Assembly (NCBI GenBank): GCA_964016885.1
Contig: OZ024743.1
Coordinates: 42,222,001 to 42,286,000 of the forward strand
DNA length: 64,000 bases
From: Eledone cirrhosa
Taxonomy: Eukaryota
Direction: 5' to 3'
This document shows positions 50,601 through 62,789 of this stretch, piece after piece. Every line of letters begins with the position of its first letter. Positions within the stretch are counted from its first letter, which is position 1. The notes under the pieces are model-generated. The model saw only the letters and a program-made list of their open reading frames with translations, was not told the DNA's origin and ran no database searches. The position numbers were made by a program, and so were the translations under genes.

Positions 50601-52590
50601 AAAAAAGCATTTGATAGTTTGCCACACAGTTGGATTGAAAAATGTTTAGAGATTTTCAAAATATCCCCCGTTGTCAGGAGGTTTTTGTCATTCAGTATGA
50701 GGACATGGAGAACGACACTCCTTTTGAATAGTGAAACAAAATCACTGGAAGCTGGAGAAGTTAACATTAATTGTGGAATTTTTCAGGGTGACTCTTTATC
50801 ACCGCTTTTATTCTGCATCGCACTTATACCATTAAGAAAAATGCTCAATGAAACAAAACATGGATATAGAGTCTATGACAAAACCATTAATCACCTGTTC
50901 TACATGGATGACCTGAAACTATTTGCAAAAAATGATGAACAATTGCAAGGGCTATTATCCACTGTGAAGCAGTTCAGTGATGACATTAAAATGGAGTTTG
51001 GACTGGATAAATGCGCCAAAGCAACGTTCACCAGAGGAAAGCTGCTGAAGAGTTCAGACATTAATCTTGATCGGGGGAACGTGATAAGAGAGCTTGATCA
51101 AGAACAAACTTACAAATATCTAGGTGTTTGTGAAGGAGACGGAATCAAGCACTCGACAATGAGGGAAAGGATAAGGAAGGAATGTTACCGCAGAGTAAGA
51201 GCAATCTTAAGAACGGAATTGAATGCAAGGAATAGGATCGATGCCATAAACACGCTTGCCATACCAGTAGTAACCTACAGTTACAATGTCATCAACTGGT
51301 CAAGCACAGAGATCCGTAGGCTCGATACAAAAATCCGAAAATTCTTAACCATGCACAGAATGCATCACCCTAAGGCAGACATAGATAGAATATATCTCCC
51401 TAGGAAAGAAGGAGGACGTGGGTTAATCCAGTTAGACATTGCGTTGAAAACTGCAACAATTGGATTATCCACATATCTAAGGGAATCACATGATTGGATG
51501 ATCAAACTCGTTTTGAAACACGAAAGCACCAAAAGATCATATTCCATTACAAAAGATGCACAAAGATACAGTAATGGACTACAAATTTCAGAAGTCCCAT
51601 TTACTGCTGAAATGGAAAACACAGAAAAAGCAAAGCAGGTAAAAGTAACTGCAAAGAAAGAACTGCTACAGAAACTGGCTAAGAAATGGCAAGAAAAGCC
51701 TCTGTATGGAAAATACCCAGAGCGAGCTAACAATCCTGATGTTGACAAAACTTTAACCCATCAGTGGTTGGCATCCTCTGGACTGAAATCGGAGACTGAA
51801 GGACTGATTATATCCGCACAAGATCAGTGTCTGCCAACAAAAAATTACCAAGCCAACATAATAAAAAATGGGTGCAGCCCATTATGCCGTGTATGCAAAA
51901 AACAACCAGAGACCATTGACCATATAATTTCAATGTGCAGTCCTATAGCTCCAACCGAATACCTAAACAGGCATGACAGAGCTGCACAATACATACATTG
52001 GATAATGTGTAAGCATTTTGACCTGCCCCATCAAAATAATTGGTGGGAGCATCAACCACCTCCCATACTTGAAAAAGATCACATCTCAATCTTGTGGAAC
52101 TTTAGCATCCAAACAGACCGAAAAATAGATGCAAATAGACCTGATATAATATTGAAGGACTTTCAAAGGAGGGTATGCCTGCTAATTGATATGTCTGTTC
52201 CAATAGACAAGAATGTATCTATAAAAACATTTGAAAAATTGAGCAAGTATAAGGACCTGGAGATAGAAATTGGAAAAATTTGGAAATTGAGAACTAAAAC
52301 AATACCAGTGGTTGTAGGCGCTCTGGGAATGATACCTAAGGGGTCTAACGACTACTTATCGCAAATCCCAGGAAACCCGCGTATAGGAGAAATACAAAAG
52401 ATAGTACTAATGGGAACTGCCCATATACTAAGGAAGATCCTGTCAATATAAGTACATCACAAGTCTAAACACTAAGGATGCATGTGTGAATATGTGTGTT
52501 CTTTCTTGAACATGGCGGACCTTGTTGTCTCTTGAGGTCACTGGTTGTGACTTGGTGATAACTCGTATAAACATAAAGCAAGATAAATGA
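47675..52590 (+). mobile_element. Dong-1c: apparently full-length R4/Dong-like non-LTR retrotransposon (5' boundary uncertain)
   Basis: About 1.1 kb leader after (AAT)n, single long ORF, 140-bp 3' UTR shared with Dong-1a/b, (TAA)n tail. Confidence 0.9.
48801..52451 (+). CDS. Intact single-ORF protein, 1216 aa: reverse transcriptase + CCHC + restriction-like PD-(D/E)xK endonuclease (R4/Dong type)
   Basis: N-terminal KWSREDN motif; [43 protein letters not shown]; CRVCKKQPETIDHIISMC; RHD; RPDII..LIDMS..KLSKY; no APE domain. Confidence 0.95.
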   Translation: MSNDEISYRIGRHPGKKGPRPSERNQTGVEKSANGSNLPITSELETSHNRNTPTVGPPCSPPRNPKKKREKWSREDNKEVLEAFYTAMYYPSNTSNTEQTYINWKKKHPENRGYIDSNKLANIRRNIVRKKLLTDIEIDQIKLVAQSQRRENEACVSENEVNCNTSNPRVGAESLAAEQIKERSEKVEGVHAQDETPNENNEIVNDKEMNENELANLKDEIMIEWIKMKESDMGERDTLPKIQNSKQNQKIIHKTNIILKNIIITNKINITDLNHLYYASAKVTTHLCGVKMKKQRNSHKKSTWQDNINRQINLLRSDIEILTNYKVGEHVKQTKLRKLKKKYSIRSTCDIDMLIETIKQKVSAKAARIRRFEKRSRFYKDNNMFKNNQRNFYRKIGKSTITAKSIPPKEEVQEFWEKIWAEEKVHNIHAPWIDRQMKETAHLEEQTWENITVEQLRLALRKTSKWKSPGKDKIQNFWINTFTESHELLAQLYNEIVKEPEKIPSWLVNGITFLLPKNDETNNPKNYRPITCLTTMYKMLTSVLTEYTYDHLITNDLFPIEQKGCKRGSYGCKDQLLVNKMILEDCHNRHKNLSIAWIDYKKAFDSLPHSWIEKCLEIFKISPVVRRFLSFSMRTWRTTLLLNSETKSLEAGEVNINCGIFQGDSLSPLLFCIALIPLRKMLNETKHGYRVYDKTINHLFYMDDLKLFAKNDEQLQGLLSTVKQFSDDIKMEFGLDKCAKATFTRGKLLKSSDINLDRGNVIRELDQEQTYKYLGVCEGDGIKHSTMRERIRKECYRRVRAILRTELNARNRIDAINTLAIPVVTYSYNVINWSSTEIRRLDTKIRKFLTMHRMHHPKADIDRIYLPRKEGGRGLIQLDIALKTATIGLSTYLRESHDWMIKLVLKHESTKRSYSITKDAQRYSNGLQISEVPFTAEMENTEKAKQVKVTAKKELLQKLAKKWQEKPLYGKYPERANNPDVDKTLTHQWLASSGLKSETEGLIISAQDQCLPTKNYQANIIKNGCSPLCRVCKKQPETIDHIISMCSPIAPTEYLNRHDRAAQYIHWIMCKHFDLPHQNNWWEHQPPPILEKDHISILWNFSIQTDRKIDANRPDIILKDFQRRVCLLIDMSVPIDKNVSIKTFEKLSKYKDLEIEIGKIWKLRTKTIPVVVGALGMIPKGSNDYLSQIPGNPRIGEIQKIVLMGTAHILRKILSI

Positions 52591-52617
52591 TAATAATAAT
52601 AATAATAATAATAGTAA

Positions 52618-52740
52618 TTGGAACAGCAAGAACCCTCCGATACGTCCTGAATATCTGAGGCTGCAGGTAGCGGCTTGATATTCAATCCAACGGACTTTCC
52701 AGTTAACCAACATCAATGACTGAGATTCAAGGAATAACAA
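52618..52740 (+). mobile_element. Dong-2a: 3'-terminal stub of a second R4/Dong-like family
   Basis: Near-identical to 54677-54800. Confidence 0.9.
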
Positions 52741-52765
52741 CAAAAATAATAATAATAATAATAAT

Positions 52766-54800
52766 AGACCTATCACATGTCTGTCCGTAATGTGGAAACT
52801 GTTGACGAGCATTGTGTCTGAGGAAATCTACCATCACCTCCACACAAACAACTTGTTACCGGACGAACAGAAAGGATGCCGAAAGAAGTCACGTGGTACA
52901 AAGGACCAGTTACTTATTGATAAGATGGTAATGGGGAATTGCAGGAGGAGACACACTGATCTTGCCATGGGATGGATAGACTACAGAAAGGCATTTGACA
53001 TGGTGTCTCATTCTTGGATCACCAAAAGCCTGGAGATCTTCAGGGTGGCAGATAACATCAGACAGTTGCTGGGCAGGAGTATGGGGTCCTGGGAGACAGA
53101 GTTGACATCAACTGGAGTATCCTTGGGAAGCGTGAAGATCAAGAGAGGTATCTTCCAGGGAGATAGCCTGTCCCCTCTGTTGTTTGTCCTTGCCCTGATG
53201 CCCTTGACCATCATGCTGCGAAAAGTGAGAGCAGTATACAAGTTGGGAAGGGGAGAGCTTACCATCAATCACCTCCTCTTCATGGACGATCTTAAGCTCT
53301 TCGGGAAAAGTGAGAAGGAGTTGGATGTGCTTGTTGACACTGTCCGTATTTTCAGCAGTGATATATGTATGCAGTTTGGTATTGGTAAATGTGGAGTCAT
53401 TGTGATGAGGAGGGGTAGGTTGAGCAGGAGTAACGGGATCCAGATACCAACAGGTGAGATGATAAAGGAAATTGACTCTGAGGAAGGATACAAGTATTTG
53501 GGGGTTCTGGAGGCTGATGGCATAAAGAACAAAAAAATGAAGGAATTGTTAAGAACTTAATACATTCGGAGAGTAAGGAGCGTATTGAAGTCACATCTGA
53601 ACAGCAGAAATGCCATAAGCGCAGTAAATTCCCGAGCTGTGTCTATTATTAGGTACAGTGCGGGAATTCTGAGATGGAATGTTGCTGAACAAAAAGAAAT
53701 GGATAGGAAGACTAGGAAGCTATTGACTATCTACAACATGTTCCACAAGAGGAGTGATGTCGATAGACTCTACCTAAGGAGATCTGAGGGTGGAAGAGGT
53801 CTTATCAGCATAGAGGACTGTGTTCAGATGGAGAAAAACAACCTATACAAATACGTGACCTATAGTAAGGAGCCAATGCTCAGAGCTGTACTGAAGGAGG
53901 GGACAGTAGGCCAGGGGATGTCCAAGGAGGAAATAACATCAAGGAGAACGAGCAACCTTCAGGGAAAATCCCTTCATAGTACCTTCTTTGAGAAAACTGA
54001 ATTTAGAGATCCACAGACATGGAACTGGTTGAGAAGAGGAGACCTCAAAAAGGCTACAGAAGGAATGCTAATGGCTGCGCAGGAGCAGGCCCTCAAAACG
54101 AAGTGGTTGAAGCACCATATCTACAAGGAGGAGGCTAGCCCACTGTGCAGGATCTGTGGAGAGAGAGAGGAGACTGTGGCTCACATTGTGTCCGAGTGTA
54201 AACACCTAGCCCAGACCCACTATAAGGGCTGGAGACACGATGTGATGGGCAGGGTGATCCACTGGCACCTGTGCAAAGTAAACAATTTACCACATTCTGA
54301 GAAATGGTATGCGCATAGGCCAGAGGCGGTGATGGAGAACAATCAGGTGAAGGTGCTGTGGGATTTTAGGATACAGACGGACAAAAAACTGGAACACAAT
54401 AGACCTGACCTGGTGGTTGTGGACAAAGAAAAAGGATCGTGTCTGATTTGGATGTGGGCTGCCCGTTCGACACGAGAGTGCAAGAGAAGGAGAGGGAGAA
54501 AATTAACCGATACCAGGACCTAAAGTGGGAGGTGAAAAGGATTTGGAACTGCCATGAAGTCAAAGTGATCCCGATTGTCATAGGCGCACTGGGGACTATC
54601 TCCAAAAGTTTCCAGGGATGGTTAAAGAAAATCGGCCCCTTCACGCTTTTTGGAACGCTTCAAAAGGCATGCTTGCTTGGAACAGCAAGAACCCTCCGAT
54701 ACGTCCTGAATATCTGAGGCTGCAGGTAGTGGCTTGATATTCAATCCAACGGACTTTCCAGTTAACCAACATCAATGACTGAGATTCAAGGAATAACAAC
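52766..54800 (+). mobile_element. Dong-2b: 5'-truncated copy of the second R4/Dong-like family, with stop and frameshift
   Basis: ORFs 52790-53560 ([14 protein letters not shown]), 53585-54523 (CRIC..H...C, RHD, RPDLVV) and 54439-54717; clearly diverged from Dong-1. Confidence 0.92.
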
Positions 54801-54827
54801 AATAATAATAATAATAATAATAATAAT

Positions 54828-55090
54828 GTTTTCTTTATTAACCACAAGGGTTTACATAAAGTAGACATTAAGGACAGTACAGGACAATACAGGACGGTAC
54901 AAATGGGCATTTATGCGTGTAAAAAACTGAGGATGAAATAAAATAACAAAGAAAAATTCCCCAATAGGGGGGGAGACTTCCGAGGGACATTTGTGGAGAA
55001 AGCCCATTAAAAGACCACAGTGACCCTGACTACCAGGGCAAGTGCCCTCTCCCAGTTTTCCACCCTTAATTTACAGACACATTCTCTGAG
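54828..55090 (-). mobile_element. Tx1-G: 3' UTR-only stub most similar to Tx1-B
   Basis: Matches 14572-14834; (AAT)n on both sides. Confidence 0.9.
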
Positions 55091-55849
55091 TAATAATAAT
55101 AATAATAATAATAGTAATTTCTTTTTTTTTAAATTATAATCAATGTGCTGTATTAACCGGCTTACCAATGAACCCTGTGAATTTATTTGCCATATGTGTC
55201 AGGAAGACACTCGGCATATATCTCAGAAACAATAATGAAAGAAAATAAAAGCAATAATAATAATAATAACAACAACAACAACAACAAAAACAACATTGAT
55301 GATGATGAAGATGATATTTGTTTTGTCTCGGTACAGAACTGAGAAATTTATGAAAACTATTATTGATATTGTTTTTGTACAATGTTAGATACTATGCGAT
55401 ACCTTATCTATACACAATCGCATTGAGATCAGACATAAGATAATGTGACAATTGTTTATTTCCATACGTATTATTAATTTAACGGTAACAATAATCTGGT
55501 TTATAAAGCAATTATTATTTGTTTTCTTTCATCTCCAGCACACGCATATATATTTGGCACTTGCATATCACTCGTGGAAATGACAAGTTTTATAGTAAAA
55601 TATCCTATGTAAAGAAAGCTTCAATATTCGTTTACCCTTACTCTTATCACTCGTCTCATTCTGGCAATTGTCGTACAACATTTTAGATTGATTCAAATCA
55701 ATTACAATAATCATTAACAAATTACGTTGATTTTGTACTATGTGTTTATCTACCCATCTTCGGATATTTATTAGAAATGTTGCTTTGTTGTTTTTGTTGT
55801 TGTTATTATTGCTCTTGACAGATAAAAACATTGTTAAATATACATCTAA

Positions 55850-56025
55850 ATGATAGATATATTGATAGATAGATGGATAGCTAGGTAAATAGAGAGAGAG
55901 ATAGATAGACGGATGGATAGATAGATAAGTAGGTAGGAATAAAGGTTGTTCGGTAGGTAGGTGGGTAGGTAGTTAGGTAAATATATAAGTAGAGGGACAG
56001 TCAGGTAAAAAGGTATAGATAGATG
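55850..56025. repeat. Degenerate (GATA)n/(GGTA)n tetranucleotide repeat
   Basis: Direct reading. Confidence 0.8.
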
Positions 56026-56579
56026 TACATATTTATATAAAGTGTTCATCAGGCTCACAAACATACAGAGTGTATGAGAGATGGATAAACATGCACAATA
56101 AGTTATAGAGCGACAAATGGAGACAGTGAGATATTAACAGTCAAACTGTTAGATAATTTGAGAAACAGGTTGATAGATAAATATATAGCAAATAGACAGT
56201 TTGATTGATATATAGGGAGACAGCTATGGATCGATGTTATACTACTGAACTTTTAGTAGATTGCAGCATTTTATCAACACTGTATTTGAGAGGGACAGGA
56301 AGCAAGACATCAAGTTACATGTACTCTCAGATGTCCAGTTTCCAAACAAATCTAGCAGAAATTGGTTCTCTCGGGACCATACCTTTTATTATGAGAGTTT
56401 ATTGTATGAGAGTGAAACATCCTCTATAGGTAATGTACTTATTCATTAATGGTGCATATGTGTTTTATAAATTTACTTGAATGTAAAGAGGGAAAGAGTC
56501 GTATAAGCCAGGTAGCCTATTAAGTTAGACATAGCCTGGGCCAATACTGGAGGAAACCTATCAAAGTTATCAAAGTCAT

Positions 56580-57860
56580 GTGATCGCACGGTAGATTACT
56601 GCTACTAGCAACTTAAAAGCAGATACCGTCATTAGAAAATTACTATTGTAGAGGAAAGAAATATCAATGATAATATGTTGAATGAGTAATATGAGGATGG
56701 TCTGCCAGAATGCTTTATTTTCTGATATGAGGTCGGGTTCCAGCGTAACCATCAATGTCATCCCATGTCATAACTTGGGACACCTTTACTGACTCTGCTG
56801 CGACTCTTCGTACCAGCTTGTACCGAGCGTGCAAGAAGGGGGACTTATTTCAGAGCCAAGCTTTGTAGGCTTCCTTCTTTGCTCGGTTGGCATTTTTAAC
56901 CTCTTGATTTAATCAAGAATTACTCCTATCATTAGGCGTCACATCAAGCTTCTTTCGCCCGCAGCATGTAACAGCGATGCAGCAACTGCTGAGTTAAACA
57001 ATAACCACTCTGTCTCAAGGATCTCAGTTTTCTTCAAGGAGACCTATGAACTTCGATGCAATAGTATCTGCATATCTGGTCCTGACTTCCATAGCCACCA
57101 ACGCTTCCCACATTTCCTATAGGTCACCCTGGGCCTGCCAGTTTTAGGGGTTTCTTTCGCTTTAGGTAAGATGAGCTTGCAGGTAAATAGATGGTGATCA
57201 CTTGAAAGCTCAGGCTCTCTCGTATCTCTATCCGTGATTCCCATTATACCATGTATATTTATGGATATCCCTGTACTGGAAGATGATGTTCATAATAGAG
57301 ATCCATTGCTAAAACAAAAGTCTAATCGAGTCTCTACATTCGTATATATATATATATATATATATATCGGGTTCGCCATTTCTTCTAATAAATCCTTTCT
57401 ATGTCAGGTGGTCAGTGTTAACATGTGCGTTGAAGTCTCACATCAAGATATATGATTAAGTCATAAAAACATGTAACGCATAAGCCTGTTCCACCCACAT
57501 ACGTCTATCTTTCAGCCTAAATTTCAAGAGGCAAATCCTCCCTCCTAATGAGATCCAGTCTATAACACAGTCTGACAGCCAGAGGCGTGAGATTATCCCC
57601 ACTTCAACCTGTGTAATCATTTCTGGTACCACAGCTGAATAGTAGAGTTTCAATTCTCCATCAAAATCTACTTATCGGAGCCACAGAACTTTGTTGAGGA
57701 TATCCCGACTATATCTAGATGCTAGCATCTAGTCTACTCCACAACTTTCTGTTCCGTACTTGTAAGGGTTCTGATGTTCCAGGTTCCAATTGAGAGAAGG
57801 TGGTTTCTGACAGGACCCGAAGAAAAAAGAAGTGTTTGAGGAAGCTGCGCTCACGACCCC
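56580..57860 (-). mobile_element. Decayed RTE-clade LINE fragment (APE endonuclease region)
   Basis: - strand remnants LDIVGISSTK, VGII...RICLLKFRL..VEQAYA, ELSSDHHL; many stops. Confidence 0.65.
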
Positions 57861-59676
57861 CTCGAGAATAAGTGGGAACACCATATAAACACAAGTCAAT
57901 ACAAGCATTATGTAATATATTGAAAACTGATTAGTGCAAATCATTGTTACATTGCAAGTAATAATTATATTTATATAAAAAAAACGTACACATAGTTTAA
58001 ATGCGTAGGCAGACCTGGCATGGCTGAGGAACGTCCAGAGCAAGTTATCGCCTGGCAAACAGTTGTGGCTATTTCGCATGTTAGGCTTAAGGGGGATGTA
58101 CTTGGTATTGCTCAGCGCCGGCTCTCGATGACGGTCATTGAAGAACTCACCTTGTCCTAGTGCGTCACACTTGCAGTTGGCCATGGCTGCGAGGCTCCGG
58201 GAATTATTCTTTAAGCGATAGGACGTATATCACTGCCTTTCCTTCCAGGGGGTGGTTAGAATATTTGCAAAGTAGATTCCTCTGGAATAAGAGTCAGGGC
58301 ACCGTGGATGGAAATTTTAGATAGAATGAGAGTTGCACAATGTGTCTGAGGTCTGAGGATCAGGATGCTTAAGCCAGAGAGCGGCTTGTATGGTGAAGCT
58401 TGATGCCATCGAAAGTGATTACACTGACAGCGGCCATGACATTCGCGTTCACACGGTCGCATACATGCTTTCAGAAGGCATCAGTGGTGGAGGACTGTGA
58501 GCTCTTGAATCAGTGGAGCGTAACATGATCAGGGTGAATGAAGAGAAACAGAACAATCGTTTCCAATCACTGGGCTTATTGGAGACTAGGGCTTCCCTAA
58601 TCGAAGATGCGAAGGCTTTGATCACCGACAAAGACGGATCTTCTGTAGTCGCCCGAGCCAAGCGTTGTTGACCAAAGATAATTTTGCGTCGGAGAGGCAG
58701 TCTCTTTCGTCAAGCATAGCTGCGTCTGCGAAGGCAAAGAAAAGAGGCAGCTGCGTACGTCGAGAGTCTATTCGCGTCTCATCGTTTCATGCTGAAGCAA
58801 AAGAGATAATGGAAACAGCCACAACCTGAAAGGGTCCGACCACTCTTCCACCTCTTTATGATAGCGCATGTGCTGCAGGAATTTTCCTGTAGAGATGGGG
58901 GAGATGTCACATATTTCCTCTTTATTTCACAAGCAGCCTGTTACATTGAACGAACAAATAGAATATTCATCACTGGAACAGACGGAAGTCCATTTCATTC
59001 CAGATGAATTAGTCAACTAATACTTGCCACACGCAGAGCTATGTTGAATCATATTTACATCACCTGCACAACTGCTCTGACATAAGTGGCTAGTTAAAAC
59101 ATCGATAATTTGTATCGATCTTAAGCCATGTAACTCATTTAGGAAAATATCTACGCACTCTTTAATAATACACTAACATTGACCAGGTTATTTGTATTAT
59201 ATTATTCTAAAGAAATGAAGTATATCAAGTTTTTCTATCATACCTTGTTATTAGTAATGGGTACACTTGCACTTTATAATGTGTCAAAAATGGATAGTAG
59301 ATTATCTGTAAATGGTCCTATGATAGGTCAGCGTATATTTAAATGGAAAATTAACCATTGTTTAACACCATCAAAATAGAGCTAATCAACTTCATTTGAC
59401 ATTTCTCAGAGGTTATTAATTATTAAAATGTTTATATATCTTGAATATTCTGTCACCATATTATCAAACAAAGTATTACCTACCTAAATGATATAAATAT
59501 TTCAAACCACAAATGATGAAATAGGCTGCTTGAAAATCATAGTACGACTGAGATGCACTCAGTTGGACGCAGTAACTACGTTCATTAATGTTTTACTTTC
59601 ACAGATACACACTGTGATTCTTTTAAAATAAGAGCACGTCGTAAAAAAACAAAGTAAATATAAATAAACAAATAAT

Positions 59677-59733
59677 TGTTTCTACTTTTAGGCACAAGGC
59701 CAGCAATTATCCAGTGCATTACTGGAACTTTAT
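59677..59733 (-). mobile_element. 3' stub of the same SINE family
   Basis: Reverse complement of ...GTACCAGTAATGCACTGG..AATTGCTGGCCTTGTGCCTAAAAGTAGAAACAATTATT-like tail. Confidence 0.7.
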
Positions 59734-59779
59734 AAATAAACAAATCATAAACATATCATTATGGATATATATATCCAGT

Positions 59780-60780
59780 GACAAATGCATAGAAATGATC
59801 AGCGAGAGCGATGTGAAATTCCGTGGGTTTGATACCAATGAGCTGGGGTTGCTTCTTAAACTCACATACTATAAGGAATACTTAGACACACATAAACCAA
59901 GAAGCCTGTGCTCGACAAGGCCAGAAAGAGGCAGAACGCCTACCTAGACAAGCTCAAATTAGATATTAAGACAGTTGAAAGAACAGGTATTCCCACAAAA
60001 ACACTAATCAGTAAAACATACCCATTTCAAAGATCCTTCTGTGCTGATAGGAAATGCAGTCTTCAAGCTAAGCTCGTAAACTAACTGCAAAACTAGGAAC
60101 GTAGTATATAGCAGTAAGATGCACTGAGGCAGAGTGTAGGATTAAGAGCATAACATACATAGGTGAAACAGCCTGTAACATAGGAGAAATAATAAGTGAA
60201 CCCTGACGAGAACACCAGTATGGGAAAAACACATCAGTACTCTACCAACATTCCAAAATTGAACATAGAGGCACATTAGAGAACGTGGTGATAAAGATTA
60301 TATCCATACACAGAAAAGATGAAATTCTGAGACAAATCACAGAGGTGACAAACATAAACGAACTCCAACCAAAATTAAGCAGAAAACATGAATGGAATAG
60401 CAACATCACAACTAGTAAATAAGAACGAAATGAAGATATACAGACACACATAAAAACCAAACTAACAAAACAAATCAGACACACACAGATGGAACAAACA
60501 ACCAATTAGTAACAAGTAAATAAACACATAAATAAATAAATAAAGCACACAGCACACAACACACAAAAACCGGATGGTGTAGGACAGAGAAAGGAAAGAC
60601 ACAAAACAAAAATCTAGTCACTGAGGTGAGCGAAGAATGTGTGAGCTTTGACAATACATAGACAACCATACTGTTATCGAACATACAAACCAACCAACCG
60701 AAATATTATGATAAATTGAAGAGAAAACCAGCAGGTGTGTGTGTTTTTGTTGGTAGTGTGACCCTCCCAAAGTATGAATA
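59780..60780 (+). mobile_element. Internally deleted Penelope-like element with GIY-YIG remnant and 3' pseudo-LTR; diverged second pseudo-LTR at about 61295-61710
   Basis: 60083-60395 reads (with frameshifts) NCKTRNVVY..RC..C....YIGETA....E...H.......RQITE......P.L.RKHEW. Confidence 0.75.
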
Positions 60781-60870
60781 TATATATATATTTTATATAT
60801 AAGCAAACTGAACCTGAACCAATAAGGTGTGGTTTATTGGGTATGTCACCATTTATAAAACAAATTTTGA

Positions 60871-60930
60871 ATTTTATCTGATGAGGGCGTACCAAAATGT
60901 TGGTACCCTTCAAAATATATATAATAAAAT
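60871..60930 (+). ncRNA. Minimal type I hammerhead with a mutated core (GAAA to AAAA)
   Basis: attttat CTGATGA ggg(c)gtacca-aaatgt-tggtaccc ttc AAAA tatata TA ataaaat; 7-bp stem I. Confidence 0.65.
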
Positions 60931-61011
60931 AAATATGCTTATACTTTGGGAGGGTCATGTTGCCTAAATAAATATGGTTTCATAAATATAGTTTCCATTT
61001 ATTAATATCAT

Positions 61012-61013
<2 letters not shown>

Positions 61014-61089
<76 letters not shown>
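61014..61089. repeat. (TA)n microsatellite (others at 61718-61780 and 62050-62112)
   Basis: Direct reading. Confidence 0.95.
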
Positions 61090-61092
<3 letters not shown>

Positions 61093-61523
61093 GGGGGTGT
61101 ATACGCTTTGTAATTATACGAAAATTAAGGCATGAGTTAAATACTGAAAATTATATACAATATTATTTGGCAAAATAGATATTAATAAAAATTCCGCCAG
61201 GCAAACATAACATTTGGACACGAATAGTCGTCTGGCTACTAGAAATTACGACTACTGTTTCAAACTAATTCCTCTACGATATAACTTGGCATTTCATACA
61301 ACAGCAACATCACAACTTACAATTAAGGACAAAATGAAAACACACACGCACATAGAACAAACAAACAACCAGTAACATGTAAATAAACAAATAAATAAAC
61401 AAATATAAATACACACAGACACCCGGATGTAACACATGCGCAAACTAAGCACACAGCACATACAAAAACAATATGGCGTAGGACAGAACAAAGGGAGGCA
61501 AAAAACAAAGAAAGGAATCCTCA

Positions 61524-61566
61524 GTCACTGAAGAGGTCACATAATGTGTGATGAAAGAACTTTGAC
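61524..61566 (+). ncRNA. Minimal type I hammerhead motif in PLE pseudo-LTR
   Basis: gtca CTGAAGA g-gtcaca-taatg-tgtgat GAAA gaac TT tgac. Confidence 0.6.
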
Positions 61567-61713
61567 AATATATGAACAATCTTCTGGTTGTGAAACCAAC
61601 CAACCAGCCGGAAATTTATAAATTCCTAAATTTACGAATTTAATTTATAATATATTGAAGTGAAAGCAATGGTGCGTATGTTTCTTACTGGCAACATGAC
61701 CCTCCCAAAATAT

Positions 61714-61783
<70 letters not shown>

Positions 61784-61864
61784 TGAGATGAGCAGAACAA
61801 GCAAATATTAAACAATCCTTTAAATAAATTAAAAAATGATTTAAATATCTAACTGATCATAATG

Positions 61865-61942
61865 CTTTAACCGGCGGTTTCGCTTTACAAAAGATTAGAA
61901 ATTCAGAGAATTTCTAACGGAAAAGTAAAGTTCATCAGATAG
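61865..61942 (-). ncRNA. Type I hammerhead with extended stem II
   Basis: ctat CTGATGA a-ctttac..ttagaaattc-tct-gaatttctaa..gtaaag-c GAAA ccg-c-cgg TT aaag; one stem I mismatch. Confidence 0.65.
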
Positions 61943-62049
61943 GTATTTCCACTTCTGGTACCTCAAATGAGTACCATAGAACAACAATTATATTATAGAC
62001 ACCCTATATATCTCTATGGGTACTTAGTAATCAGAGAGATATTTACCTC

Positions 62050-62116
<67 letters not shown>

Positions 62117-62392
62117 CATTCATATATTTATTTATAAGTATATATATATATATATAATAAAATGTGCAGAGGAAGCACACGAGTTAGGATATATATATAT
62201 GAAAACAGGGAGAAAGAGAAGGTTATTAGGAAGAACATTTTTCTTTTCTTTTTTTATTTCTTTTCTCTTTTTTCTGGGTTAGAAAATGATTAAAACGAAA
62301 TGTTTTACTTTCTGTGTAGTGTTAAGGTATTAGTTGATGTATTCATTAATTAACAATGGCATTTATTTATCTATTTATATATTTAATAATTG

Positions 62393-62435
62393 TCTATTAC
62401 CGGTTTCAGCATTTTTATGCATTATCAAATGATAG
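62393..62435 (-). ncRNA. Minimal type I hammerhead (U3-A8 variant) downstream of the PLE coding fragment
   Basis: cat TTGATAA t-gcat-aaaa-atgc-t GAAA ccgg TA atag; palindromic ACCGGT; weak stem I. Confidence 0.6.
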
Positions 62436-62526
62436 TGATATGTATTAGTGTAGTATGGTGGTGTTGCACATGTTAAAGAAATGGTGCAGAAAGAATAATG
62501 TTATTTACAAACAGCGTTTATGAAGT

Positions 62527-62688
62527 GAAAAGAAAAAAGAAAAAAGAAAAAAGAAAAAAAGAAAAAAGAAAAAAGAAAAAAGAAAAAAGAAAAAAGAAAA
62601 AAGAAAAAAGGAAAAAGAAAAAAGAAAAAAAGAAAAAAGAAAAAAGAAAAAAGAAAAAAGAAAAAAGAAAAAAGAAAAAAGAAAAAAA
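62527..62688. repeat. (AAAAAAG)n polypurine repeat
   Basis: Direct reading. Confidence 0.9.
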
Positions 62689-62789
62689 CGGGCGTAATGT
62701 AGAGCATAAAAAGTCAATGTGAAAGGAAAAATAATGTTATTTACAGGCATAGTTCTTGATGTAAAGCAGATCAAAATGTGTTAATATAA

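Noticed and set aside
58000-58900. GC-richer stretch with short open frames
   Set aside because: No motif recognised; could be an exon or old element, unsupported.
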